A DNA stretch of 64,000 bases from NCBI GenBank assembly GCA_964016885.1, contig OZ024755.1:36456001-36520000 (forward strand), given 5' to 3'. Each line of letters starts with the position of its first letter. The first letter of the stretch is position 1. This stretch comes from Eledone cirrhosa. Lineage: Eukaryota. Shown here piece after piece: positions 1 to 12,800 of the stretch. A program made the translations under genes and the position numbers. The notes beneath the pieces were generated by a model, which was given only the letters and a program-made list of their open reading frames with translations, ran no database searches and was not told where the DNA came from.

Positions 1-2528
1 ACAATGTACACAGTGGTGTAGATGTGTGACAGTATCAACAACGTACACAGTGGTGTAGATGTGACTATATCAACACTGTACACAGTGGTGTAGATGTGTG
101 ACTGTATCAACACTGTACACAGTGGTGTAGATGTGTGACTGTATCAACACTGTACACAGTGGTGTAGATCTGTGACTGTATCAACACTGTACACAGTGGT
201 GTAGATGTGACTGTATCAACACTGTACACAGTGGTGTAGATGTGACTGTATCAACACTGTACACAGTGGTGTAGATGTGTGACTGTATCAACACTGTACA
301 CAGTGGTGTAGATGTGACTGTATCAACACTGTACACAGTGGTGTAGATGTGTGACTGTATCAACACTGTACACAGTGGTGTAGATGTGTGACTGTATCAA
401 CACTGTACACAGTGGTGTAGATGTGTGACTGTATCAACACTGTACACAGTGGTGTAGATGTGTGACTGTATCAACACTGTATACAGTGGTGTAGATGTGA
501 CTGTATCAACACTGTACACAGTGGTGTAGATGTGACTGTATCAACACTGTTCACAGTGGTGTAGATGTGACTGTATCAACACTGTACACAGTGGTGTAGA
601 TGTGTGACTGTATCAACACTGTACACAGTGGTGTAGATGTGACTGTATCAACACTGTACACAGTGGTGTAGATGTGTGACTGTATCAACACTGTACACAG
701 TGGTGTAGATGTGACTGTATCAACACTGTACACAGTGGTGTAGATGTGTGACTGTATCAACACTGTACACAGTGGTGTAGATGTGACTGTATCAACACTG
801 TACACAGTGGTGTAGATGTGACTGTATCAACACTGTACACAGTGGTGTAAATGTGACTGTATCAACACTGTACACAGTGGTGTAGATGTGCGACTGTATC
901 AACACTGTACACAGTGGTGTAGATGTGACTGTATCAACACTGTACACAAACAGTGTAGATGTGACTGTATCAACACTGTACACAGTGGTGTAGATGTGAC
1001 TGTATCAACACTGTACACAGTGGTGTAGATGTGTGACTGTATCAACACTGTACACAGTGGTGTAGATGTGTGACTGTATCAACACTGTACACAGTGGTGT
1101 AGATGTGTGACTGTATCAACACTGTACACAGTGGTGTAGATGTGTGACTGTATCAACACTGTACACAGTGGTGTAGATGTGACTGTATCAACACTGTACA
1201 CAGTGGTGTAGATGTGTGACTGTATCAACACTGTACACAGTGGTGTAGATGTGACTGTATCAACACTGTACACAGTGGTGTAGATGTGTGACTGTATCAA
1301 CACTGTAGACAGTGGTGTAGATGTGACTGTATCAACACTATACACAGTGGTGTAGATGTGTGACTGTATCAACACTGTACACAGTGGTGTAGATGTGAGT
1401 GTATCAACACTGTACACAGTGGTGTAGATGTGACTGTATCAACACTGTACACAGTGGTGTAGATGTGACTGTATCAACACTGTACACAGTGGTGTAGATG
1501 TGACTGTATCAACACTGTACACAGTGGTGTAGATGTGTGACTGTATCAACACTGTACACAGTGGTGTAGATGTGTGACTGTATCAACACTGTACACAGTG
1601 GTGTAGATGTGTGACTGTATCAACACTGTACACAGTGGTGTAGATGTGACTGTATCAACACTGTACACAGTGGTGTAGATGTGTGACTGTATCAACACTG
1701 TACACAGTGGTGTAAATGTGACTGTATCAACACTGTACACAGTGGTGTAGATGTGTGACTGTATCAACACTACACAGTGGTGTAGATGTGACTGTATCAA
1801 CACTGTACACAAACAGTGTAGATGTGACTGTATCAACACTGTACACAGTGGTGTAGATGTGTGACTGTATCAACACTGTACACAGTGTAGATGTGTGACT
1901 GTATCAACACTGTACACAGTGGTGTAGATGTGTGACTGTATCAACACTGTACACAAACAGTGTAGATGTGTGACTGTATCAACACTGTACACACTGGTGT
2001 AGATGTGTGACTGTATCAACACTGTACACAGTGGTGTAGATGTGTGACTGTATCTACTGTACACAGTGGTGTAGATGTGACTGTATCAACACTGTACACA
2101 GTGGTGTAGATGTGTGACTGTATCTACACTGTACACAGTGGTGTAGATGTGTGACTGTATCTACACTGTACACAGTGGTGTAGATATGTGACTGTATCAA
2201 CACTGTACACAGTGGTGTAGATGTGACTGTATCAACACTGTACACAGTGGTGTAGATGTGTGACTGTATCAACACTACACAAACAGTGTAGATGTGTGAC
2301 TGTATCAACACTACACAGCAGTGTAGATGTGTGACTGTATCAACACTGTACACAAACAGTGTAGATGTGTGACTGTATCAACACTGTACACAAACAGTGT
2401 AGATGTGTGACTGTATCAACACTGTACACAAACAGTGTAGATGTGTGACTGTATCAACACTGTACACAGTGGTGTAGATGTGTGACTGTATCAACACTGT
2501 ACACAAACAGTGTAGATGTGTGACTGTA
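1..2528. repeat. Minisatellite, 35/37-bp unit (ACACTGTACACAGTGGTGTAGATGT[GT]GACTGTATCA), runs off the left edge
   Basis: Near-identical head-to-tail units differing by one GT dinucleotide; the variant ACACAAACAGTGTAG dominates the right end. Confidence 0.97.
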
Positions 2529-2529
2529 T

Positions 2530-3190
2530 TGTAGATGTTCAATTTTCCATGAACACAAATGGACACAGACATTAGTGTAGATCAGTCATGGGCAACCTGT
2601 GGCCTGCAAAGCCTTCTCAATATCTCGCCTAAGTCACCTAAGTGAAATCTTTCTGATTTTTTTTACCCCAACTTTTCAGTCGTAATTTATCTTTCTATCA
2701 GTTTTACAATCGAGGAAAACAACCTGAGTTACCTCCCTTTTTTAATGTGGCCACGAATGTAAATTAGCGCTTGCAGCCCGCCTGATGATGAGCCATATCT
2801 CATGCGACCCGCTTCTCAAAAGAGGTTGCCCATGCCTTGTGTAGGTGTTCAATTCTCCATGAACACACAAACATTGGTGTGGGTGGGGACATTCGATTCT
2901 CAGTGAACATACACAAACATTGGTGTGGGGAGGTTCAATTCTCTATGAACACATGTACACAAACACTGGTGGGGGTGTGGGGCAAAGTCGCCATGAACAC
3001 ACAAACATTGGTGTGGGGGGGGGCTAAGTCTCCATGTACACAAACATTGGTGTGGGGGAGGGGCTTCAATTCTCCATGAACACACATGTAACACATGTAC
3101 ACAAACACTGGTATGTATGTGGGGGGGGGGGGATAAGTCTCCAGGAACACACAAACATTAGTGTAGATGTTCAATTCTCCATGAACGTAC
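2530..3190. repeat. Degenerate ~40-bp tandem repeat (GTTCAATTCTCCATGAACACACAAACATTGGTGTG...), interrupted by a MITE
   Basis: Recurring TTCAATTCTCCATGAACAC and CAAACATTGGTGTGGGG motifs. Confidence 0.75.
2583..2838 (+). mobile_element. hAT (Charlie/Buster-like) MITE, family H1
   Basis: TIRs CAGTCATGGGCAACCT / AGGTTGCCCATGCCTT; 8-bp TSD GTGTAGAT/GTGTAGGT; homologous copies start at 14585 and 26895. Confidence 0.88.
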
Positions 3191-3228
3191 ATGTACTGAA
3201 ACAAGAATGTTGCGGGAAGTTCAAATGT

Positions 3229-4126
3229 CTGAAGATTGTCACAGATATGAAACTGTGTCACAACTACCACTGAAGATTGTCGCAGATATGAAACTGTGTC
3301 ACAACTACCACTGAAGATTGTCGCAGATATGAAACTGTGTCACAACTACCACTGAAGATTGTCACAAATATGAAACTGTGTCACAACTACCACTAGAGAG
3401 TGTCACAAATATGAAACTGTGTCACAACTACCACTAGAGATTGTCACAAATATGAAACAGAGTCACAACTACCACTGAAGATTGTCACAGATATGAAACT
3501 GAGTCACAATTACCACTAGAGAGTGTCACAGACATGAAACTGTGTCACAACTATCACTAGAGAGTGTCACAGATATGAAACTGTGTCACAACTACCACTG
3601 AAGATTGTCACAGATATGAAACTGTGTCACAACTACCACTGAATATTGTCTATGATATGAAACTGTGTCACAACTACCACTAGAGAGTGTCACAGATATG
3701 AAACTGTCACAACTACCACTGAAGATTGTCAGTGATATGAAATTGAGTCACAACTACCAGTGGAGATTGTCACAGATATGAAACTGTGTCACAACTATCA
3801 CTGGAGATTGTCACAGATATGAAACTGTGTCACAACTACCACTGAAGATTGTCACAGATATGAAACTGTGTCACAACTACCACTGAAGATTGTCACAGAT
3901 ATGAAACTGTGTCACAACTACCACTGAAGATTGTCACAGATATGAAACTGTGTCACAACTACCACTGGAGATTGTCACAGATATGAAACTGTGTCACAAC
4001 TACCACTGAAGATTGTCACAGATATGAAACCGTCACAACTACCACTGAAGATTGTCACAAATATGAAACTGTGTCACAACTACCACTGGAGATTGTCACT
4101 GATATGAAACTGAGTCACAACTACCA
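3229..4126. repeat. Minisatellite, 41-bp unit (CTGAAGATTGTCACAGATATGAAACTGTGTCACAACTACCA), about 22 copies
   Basis: Period 41 (GAAG at 3231, 3272, 3313). Confidence 0.96.
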
Positions 4127-4206
4127 ATTTCAAAACTTGTTAAATATATATATTGATCTTTATATTTTCATATTTCCCCCTACACGCCCCACCCCTCTGT
4201 TTCGGT

Positions 4207-4302
4207 TGTGTGTGTGTATGTGTATACACACACATATATATATGTATGTGTGTATGTATGTGTATATATGTATGTATGCATATATATATATATATATATA
4301 TC

Positions 4303-4384
<82 letters not shown>

Positions 4385-4405
4385 ATATATCATCATCATA
4401 TATGT
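4207..4405. repeat. (TA)n/(TG)n compound microsatellite
   Basis: Read directly from the sequence. Confidence 0.95.
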
Positions 4406-4750
4406 ATCATCATCATCATCATTTCATTTTACGTCCGCTTTTCCCTGCTTGCAAGGGTGGGACGGGAACTGATTCTGGCTTGATTTCTACAGCTGGATGC
4501 CCTTCCTAACACCAACCTCATTTACAGTGAGTGCTGGGTGCTTTTTTTGCCGTGGCACCTCCACGACCACTTTGCAGTGGAATTATAGGGACCCCAGTCC
4601 CTATCATCTCATTCCTACAGCTGAGTAAACTGGAGCAATGTGAAATAAAGTCTCTTGCTCAAGGAAACAACATCACCCAGTCTGGGAATTGAACTCACAA
4701 CCTTTCGATTGCAAGGTCAATGCTCTAATCACTAAGCCATGTGCCTCCAT
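4406..4750 (-). mobile_element. tRNA-derived SINE A, full length
   Basis: Reverse complement of 4782-5118; A box, B box, CORE-like box, RTE1-type 3' end with (GAT)n tail. Confidence 0.9.
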
Positions 4751-4781
4751 GTATATATATATACATGGCTATATATATATA

Positions 4782-5118
4782 CATGGCTTAGTGGTTAGAG
4801 CATTGGCCTTGCAATCGAAAGGTTGTGAGTTCAATTCTCAGACCGGGTGATGTGTTGTTTCCTTGAGCAAGACACTTTATTTCACATTGCTCCAGTTTAC
4901 TCAGCTGTAGAAATGAGATGATAGGGACTGGGGTCCATATCATTCCACTGCAAAGTGGTCGTGCAGGTGCCACGGCAAAAAAGCACCCAGCACTCACTGT
5001 AAATGAGGTTGGTGTTAGGAAGGGCATCCAGCTGTAGAAATCAAGCCAAAATCAGTTCCCGTCCCACCCTTGCAAGCAGGGAAAAAGCGGACGTAAAATG
5101 AAATGATGATGATGATGA
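4782..5118 (+). mobile_element. tRNA-derived SINE A
   Basis: A box TGGCTTAGTGG, B box GAGTTCAATTC, CORE-like CCTTGAGCAAGACACTT, tail CCCGTCCCACCCTTGCAAGCAGGG..GGACGTAAAA(TGA)n. Confidence 0.9.
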
Positions 5119-5166
5119 TATATATACAATGATATTAAATAAATGGAAACTATATTTATAAAACCA

Positions 5167-5218
<52 letters not shown>

Positions 5219-5646
5219 AGTATATGTATGTGGGTGTTGTCTTTCTCAGAAGTCTCATGACAAACAAACAAAAAGAAATGATTTATCCAATGAAGAGGAA
5301 TGCTATCAGCTAAAATTTTCTTGGAGTAATTACTCTGATAGAATTAAAAATGTATGATGGTAACTCGAAAAAATGTCCACCGATTACACTCAAGATAAAA
5401 ACTAATATAAGAATATTGTAAATGACATTAATTTATAATGGAATTTTAGAATAAATATTTGAAATAGGGGCAGTAAGACTTTGAATTTATGTATGTGCAC
5501 TAATAAGTATTGCAACTACATAGTACAATTTAATAAACAAAGGAGCTAATTTTATATAATTATATAGACATACACATAAATTTGTGGGAATATATATATG
5601 TGTGTGTGTGTATAAAAATATATGTATATGTATATATCTGTGTATG

Positions 5647-5693
<47 letters not shown>

Positions 5694-5765
5694 AGAGTAT
5701 TGGCGCCTAGTATACTGTATCGGACTTTTTTCTCTCTCCTCCTTTCTTATGATACTGATCTCTTC

Positions 5766-5811
<46 letters not shown>

Positions 5812-5834
5812 CATTTATATACATATATATATAA

Positions 5835-7050
5835 AAGTAAGCCACTCTACCTGGCATTTGTCATCCAAGAAAAAGCCTTTGACAGAGTGCCCACTGCTAT
5901 AATCTGGTGGGCTCTTAGAAAACTAGGAGTAGATGAATGGTTTGTGCAAGCTGCACAAGCCATGTATAGGGGAACAGTCAGCAAAGTTAGGGTTAACAAT
6001 GACTATAGCGAGGAATTTAGCATACAAGTCGGTGTCCACCAGGGCTCTGTTCTTAGCCCCCTCCTGTTTACTATAGTCTTGCGGGCTATAACAGAGGAGT
6101 TTAAGACTGGATGCCCATGGGAACTTCTGTACACGGATGATCTTATACTTATAGCTGAATCTATGGCGGAACTAGAGAAGAAATTCCAAACATGGAAGCA
6201 GGGACTAGAAAGAAGGGGTCTCAAAGTCAACCTGACAAAGACTAAGGTCCTCGTAAGTAGACAAGAAAATAGAACCCAGATCTCCTCAGGGAAATGGCCT
6301 TGCTCAGTATGTAGGAAAGGAGTAGGTAGGAACTCCATCCTCTGCCCCAAATGCAAACAATGGGTGCACAAGAGATGTAGTGGGATCTCAGGAAGTTTAG
6401 TTAAGAATGTAGGCTTCACATGCAGCAGCAGCAAACAGCCACAGGAAACAAGCACTACCAAACTCTGGGAGGGTTCTGTAGAAACAGTAGACAGATTCTG
6501 CTACCTAGGTGACCGAATTGGCAGCTAAGGTAGATGTTCTGAAAGTACAGTAACCAGTGAAAGAACGGGATGGAAGAAGTTCAGGGACCTACTGCCACTG
6601 CTAGCTGCAAAAGTCTTTTCCCTCAAAATGAAAGGCAGACTGTATGATGCGTACATACGAACAGCAATGTTACATGGTAGTGAAACCTGAGCGCTGTGTG
6701 TAGAAGACTTGCATAGATTAGAAAGAAAACGAAGCTTGCATGCTCCGATGGATGTGTAATAGTAATATACGCGAACAGCAAAACATAAACAAATTGAAAG
6801 AGAAACTAGGCATAGAGGAATCAAATGTTGTGTGTAGGAGAGGGGTGGCATTGGTATGGACCTGTGATGCGCATGAAGGATGATGGCTGCATAAAATGGT
6901 GCAGAGCAATAAAAGTCAATGGAAGCCTTGGAGTGGGGAGACCCAAGAAGACCTGGGATGAGGTGATAAAAGCTGACCTTGCCCAATTGCACCTCTCAGG
7001 CGATGACACAGAACCGAGTCCTCTGGCGTTACGCAGTAATACAGAAGACC
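5835..7050 (+). mobile_element. RTE-clade LINE remnant (RTE2-like): RT core to C-terminus, with stops and frameshifts
   Basis: Motifs EKAFDRVP, GVHQGSVLSPLLF, LYTDDL (YADD-like), GLKVNLTKTK, FCYLG, GRPKKTW. Confidence 0.93.
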
Positions 7051-7084
7051 CAACTTCCCACGGGTACAAGCCAAAGCTGAAGCA

Positions 7085-7275
7085 TATAGACAGCAATTTT
7101 GGCCAGCAATTTGGGGGGAGGAGAAAGTTGATTAATTTGACTCCAGTGCGTGACTGGTACTTTATTTTATCGACTCCGTAAGGATGAAAGGCAAAGTTAA
7201 CCTCAACGGGAACTGACCTCAGATCATAAACGGCCGTAACTATGCTGCAAAGCATGGCATCTGACCCTCTACCGA
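7085..7275 (-). mobile_element. SINE C (tRNA head + Meta-domain-like box), diverged
   Basis: Minus strand carries GCCTTTCATCCTTACGGAGTCGATAAAATAAAGTACCAG. Confidence 0.8.
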
Positions 7276-7384
7276 TACTGCCAAACCACCACCCTCAATG
7301 GTTTGATTAATAATAACAACACTTTAACCTATATTTGATGTTTATTTGACTGACTACACTCAACTGACATTATTACCTTTGAAA

Positions 7385-7576
7385 AATAATTGTTTCTACT
7401 TTAGGCACAAGGCCAGCAATTACCCAGTACATTACTGGTACTTTATTTTATCGACCCCCGTAAGGATGAAAGGCAAAGTTAACCTCGGCGGGATTTGAAC
7501 TTAGACTGTAAAGGGACGTAACTATGCTAGAAAGCATGGAGTCCGACCCTCTACCGATACTGCCAATTCACCGCCA
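7385..7576 (-). mobile_element. SINE C, full length
   Basis: GGCGGTGAATTGGCAG head, B box GTTCAAATCC, Meta-like box; possible TSD TGAAAAATAAT. Confidence 0.88.
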
Positions 7577-8010
7577 ATATGCTGAAAAATAATATCTTAT
7601 CTTTATGACAGAATGACGCAGTCCAACTTTTTATTAAAATATATTTTGGAGATGTATTCTTATATTCTCAAATCTATATTTTAACTGTACACCTGCTCTT
7701 ATTAACTTTATAAACTTTTGTAATACTTATGATATATGTTTATTTACTAATTATGATATATGTCTTACACTATACTTAACTTCTTTATAGCAGCATGTTT
7801 CTCTATAGCAACATGTTTTTTAAATTTTTAATGCTTTTAGCTGCTCCTAATTTTATTTTTGCCATTTATATGCTCATATTTTTCATATGCTTCTCCTACC
7901 TTTGCTATCTTCTCTTATATAAATGTTGATACTTATGCTTACTTCCCATATTATGTATACTCAAAATAACAGACTTCTGATATTATATCTGTGTTTTAAC
8001 CTTTATTATA

Positions 8011-8057
8011 TACTCTGATGAGTCCGGCCTTGTGATAGGATGAAACAATCTTAAGTA
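8011..8057 (+). ncRNA. Degenerate type I minimal hammerhead ribozyme motif, probably a Penelope-like element remnant
   Basis: TACT-CTGATGA-GTCC(loop)GGAT-GAAA-CAATC-TTA-AGTA: both core boxes, stem II and stem I present; stem III imperfect. Confidence 0.5.
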
Positions 8058-8151
8058 ATTAAATGTTTTAAACACTCTTTAATTGCAGTATTTAGCTCTG
8101 TAATATATTTGTTATTTTACATTGAGCTATTCTCATACTTGTAATTGGATA

Positions 8152-8910
8152 ATCATCATCATCATCGTTTAACGTCCATCTTCCACGCTTGCATGGGTTT
8201 GGACGGGAGTTTTCCCACTTGAGGCAAGATTTGTTGTCTGGCGGGTTTTCTACGACTGGATGCCCTTCCTAACTCCAACCACGTTTACAGTGTGGAACTG
8301 GGAGGTTTTTACCGTGTTACCTACACGGCCACATTACAGCGTGGACTGTGTGTCTTTTTGTCGTGACACCTACACGACCTCATTTGTTTCGGACTGGATG
8401 TTGTGGTACCAACATAACATCACATTTAAGGGGGTGGTGTGGATGGGGTGAGGGTTGTGTGACAGGGGTGTATTTTGTTAGAGGTGCCTACTGACTGTAG
8501 GTTTCGCTTTGTACTTAGGCAAGGCGGGGCTTCTGTATTACTGTGTAGCGCCAAAGATCTCGGTCCAGTGACATTGTCTTGGAGAGATGTAAGTGTGTGA
8601 GGTTGGAATTTATCAAGTCGTCCCAGGTTTTTCTGGGTCTGCCTACTCCGTGGCTACCGTCTATTTTTATTGCTCTGCACTTTTTTATACGGCTGTCGTC
8701 TTTCATGAGCATCACGTGACCGTACCAATGTAGTCTTCTCTCGAGTAAACAATATCTGATCCCTCTTATTCCTAATTTCTCCCTTAGTTCGTTTATGCTT
8801 TGCCGTTCACATATATTACTATTACACATCCAGCGGAGCATGCAAGCTTCGTTTCTCTCCAGTCTGTATATATCCTCTGCACACAATGCCCAGGTCTCAC
8901 TGCCATGTAA
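8152..8910 (-). mobile_element. RTE2 LINE 3' fragment with 3' UTR and (GAT)n tail
   Basis: MLHGSETW..RRLHWYGHV..GRPRKTW..DRDLWR; UTR matches 43465-43850. Confidence 0.92.
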
Positions 8911-8994
8911 CATATTTAATATTACCCACATTTTATATATATTTGTATGTATATACATATATATATATATGTATTTACATACATATGTATATAT

Positions 8995-9752
8995 GGGAAA
9001 TGGCCATGTTCGATATGCAGAAAAGGAACTGGCATAAATTCTATAATACGTATGCAGTAGATGTACAGGGGAATTAGACAGTAGAAGTCGCATTGATAGA
9101 CACATTTTTCAAATGCAGGCGGGTGCAGAAGTGGTGGATAGCTTCCGTTACCTAGGAGATCAGATTAGCATGGGAGGGGGGTGTTCCGAGGCCATAGTAT
9201 CTAGAATAAGGATGGGTTGGAAGAAGTTTAGGGAGCTGCTTCCTCTGCTGACGAAGAAGGGTTTCTCCCTGCGTACGAAAGGCTGGTTATATGATGCCTG
9301 TGTGAGCAGCTGATGCTGCATGGTAGTGAGACATGGGCAGCAATTGCAGAGGATATGCGATGGCTGGAGAGAAATGAGGCAAGCATGCTCCATTGGATGT
9401 ACAATGTCAATGTGCGTGAACGACCCAGCATGAATGTGTTGAGAGAGAAACTGTGTCTGAGAGGGATAGAATGTAGTGTGCGAGAGAGGAGACTGAGGTG
9501 GTATGGACATGTGATGCGCATGGAGGATGACCGATGAGTGAAGAAGTGCCAGGAAATACCAGTTGAAGGAAGACGTGGTAGAGGTAGACCACGAAAAACA
9601 TGGGCGGAGGTGGTGAGAACAGACCTCAGATCACTGAAGCTCACGGTGGAGATGACAAAGGACCGTGACAAGTGGAGAGATGCTGTGCTGAATAGGACCC
9701 GTCCCACTTTTGTAAGCAGGGAAAAGCGGACGTACAATGATGATGATGATGA
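8995..9752 (+). mobile_element. RTE1 LINE 3' fragment with the zinc-finger region internally deleted
   Basis: Closely matches 25150-25990; VDSFRYLG, RRLRWYGHV, GRPRKTW, (GAT)n tail. Confidence 0.93.
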
Positions 9753-9930
9753 TATATAAAATATTTGCCCTTTAGATTAAAAGGTTAAGGAGTGTATTCT
9801 TAAAATGCATAAATATAGTTCCGCATTATTTCAAATGTGTTGTCAATATGTTGGTGGGTGGCAAATGCTGAGATATGTAACTTCTAGACTCTATATAGTT
9901 ACAGATCAAAAACAATGTAGGGGTGGGTGG

Positions 9931-9933
9931 GTA

Positions 9934-9965
<32 letters not shown>

Positions 9966-10548
9966 CAAATATATATACATATACATATATATATATATAC
10001 ATATATCCATACATATGTACATATATATACATACATTCATAGATATGTACATATATATACATACATTCATAGATATGTACATATATATATACATACATAC
10101 ATACATATGTACATATATATACATACATACATACATATGTACATATATATACATACATACATACATACATGTATACATATATACATACATGTATACATAT
10201 ATACCTATATACATACATATCCATACACACACATATGCATACACACATACATATATATACACACACATACATATATACACACATACATACATATATACAC
10301 ACATACATACATATATACACACATACATACATATATACACACATATATACATATATACACACATATCTACATATATATACACATGTATACATATATATAG
10401 ACATGTATACATATATATAGACATGTATACATATATATAGACATGTATACATATATATAGACATGTATACATATATATACACATATATATATATATATAT
10501 ACAAATATATATATATATACACATATATACACATATATACACATATAT

Positions 10549-10589
<41 letters not shown>

Positions 10590-10772
10590 AATATACATAC
10601 ATATATATATACAAATATACATACATATATATATACAAATATACATACATATATATATGATATATGTGTGTACACACACACACATATATATATATATGAT
10701 ATATACATGTGTACACACACACACACATATATATATATGATATATACATGTGTACACACATACACACACACA
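9931..10772. repeat. TA/CA compound microsatellite with local longer sub-periods
   Basis: Read directly from the sequence. Confidence 0.95.
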
Positions 10773-10925
10773 TTTCTGCCCAGAAGATTATCAAGTTCAG
10801 GAGTTTGTAGGTTATGTATCATTGATGTTTAAACATCTGCATGCCTGTGTGCGTGTATATATGCACACGCAAGCATGCAGTTTTACATTGTTTCAAATGT
10901 TTTCACTACATGTATCCAATATTTA

Positions 10926-11320
10926 AGAGGAAGAAGAAAAAGAAGAAAAAGAAAAAGGAAAAAAAAAAGAAAAGGGAGAAAAAGAAGAAAAAGAAGAAAA
11001 AGAAAAAAAGGGAGAAAAAGAAGAAAAGGAAAAGGAAGAAAAAGAAAAGGAAGAAAAAGAAAAAGAAAGAAAAGGAAGAAAAAGAAAAAGGAGAAAAAGA
11101 AGAAAAAGGAGAAAAAGAAGAAAAAGAAGAAAAAGGAGAAAAAGAAGAAGAAAAAGAGAAAGAAGAAGAGAAAGAAGAAGAGAAAGAAGAAGAGAAAGAA
11201 GAAGAGAAAGAAGAAGAAGAAGAAGAAGAAGAAGAAGAAGAAGAAGAAGAAGAAGAAGAAGAAGAAGAAGAAGAAGAAGAAGAAGAAAGAAAGAAAGAAA
11301 GAAAGAAATAAAGAAAGAAA
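10926..11320. repeat. Polypurine tract grading into (GAA)n and (GAAA)n
   Basis: About 390 nt almost entirely A/G on the + strand. Confidence 0.96.
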
Positions 11321-11631
11321 TCATTATTATTATTATAACAAATTGAAAATAATTATTGTAATTATTATTAATCGAAATTGTTATTACTATTATTTTTAAT
11401 ATATATATATGTACATTCTATAGACAATGCAAAAATCTAGTAGCTGTCGATATATGTACTTTGTAGAGTGACTGCAAAATAAAAGATGTTTGTAGTTGCT
11501 AAGACAGCCCAGGGTTTACTTTAACCCTTTAGCATTTAAACCAGCCATATCCAGCCAGAATTCTTTCACCTCTTTCTTTTGTAACTGGCCACTCATACTG
11601 ATGTTAAGGTATTTTTCTCAAAATAAATAAT

Positions 11632-11815
11632 TGTTTCTACTTTTGGCACAAGGCCAGCAATTACCCAGTGCATTACTGGTACTTTATTTTATCGACCCCG
11701 TAAGGATGAAAGGCAAAGTCAACCTCGGCGGGATTTGAACTCAGATCGTAAAGGGACGTAACTATGCTGGAAAGCATGGCGTCCGACCCTCTACCGATAC
11801 TGCCAATCCACCGCC
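11632..11815 (-). mobile_element. SINE C nested in MITE D
   Basis: TSD TTTCTCAAAATAAATAAT at 11614-11631 and 11816-11833. Confidence 0.92.
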
Positions 11816-11870
11816 TTTCTCAAAATAAATAATATGAAAATCTCATAGATTCAATATTATGTGAGATAAT

Positions 11871-12800
11871 TATATGAGGTAAAGCATTTACCATGAAAAT
11901 ATAATAGTAAATATAGAGTAATGTAAATGTTATGAGATATTATGTGAGGTAAAGCATTTACTATGAAAATATAATAGTAAATATAGAGTAATGTAAATGT
12001 TATGAGATATTATGTAAGGTAAAGCCTTTACCATGGAAATATGATAGTAAATATAGAGTAATGTAAATGTTATGAGATATTATGTGAGGTAAAGCATTTA
12101 CCATGAAAATATAATAGTAAATATAGAGTAATGTAAATGTTATGAGATATTATGTGAGGTAAAGCATTTACCATGAAAATATAATAGTAAATATAGAGTA
12201 ATGTAAATGTTATGAGATATTATGTGAGGTAAAGCATTTACCATGAAAATATAATAGTAAATATAGAGTAATGTAAATGTTATGAGATATTATGTGAGGT
12301 AAAGCATTTACTATGAAAATATAATAGTAAATATAGAGTAATGTAAATGTTATGAGATATTATGTGAGGTAAAGCATTTACCATGAAAATATAATAGTAA
12401 ATATAGAGTAATGTAAATGTTATGAGATATTATGTGAGGTAAAGCATTTACTATGAAAATATAATAGTAAATATAGAGTAATGTAAATGTTATGAGATAT
12501 TATGTAAGGTAAAGCCTTTACCATGGAAATATGATAGTAAATATAGAGTAATGTAAATGTTATGAGATATTATGTGAGGTAAAGCATTTACCATGAAAAT
12601 ATAATAGTAAATATAGAGTAATGTAAATGTTATGAGATATTATGTGAGGTAAAGCATTTACCATGAAAATATAATAGTAAATATAGAGTAATGTAAATGT
12701 TATGAGATATTATGTAAGGTAAAGCCTTTACCATGGAAATATGATAGTAAATATAGAGTAATGTAAATGTTATGAGATATTATGTAAGGTAAAGCCTGTG
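11871..12800. repeat. 70-bp minisatellite (about 13-14 copies) derived from the MITE D subterminal segment
   Basis: Period 70; unit TATGTGAGGTAAAGCATTTACCATGAAAATATAATAGTAAATATAGAGTAATGTAAATGTTATGAGATAT. Confidence 0.95.

Noticed and set aside
1-2528. 35-37-bp palindromic repeats of CRISPR repeat length
   Set aside because: Units are directly adjacent with no unique spacers
4782-4850. tRNA gene (A/B boxes, GCA in a loop-like position)
   Set aside because: No complete cloverleaf or terminator; continues into a SINE body
9805-11399. [12 protein letters not shown] and poly-K/E ORFs (also at 32712-34085, 43819-45811 and 51612-53180)
   Set aside because: Translations of microsatellites
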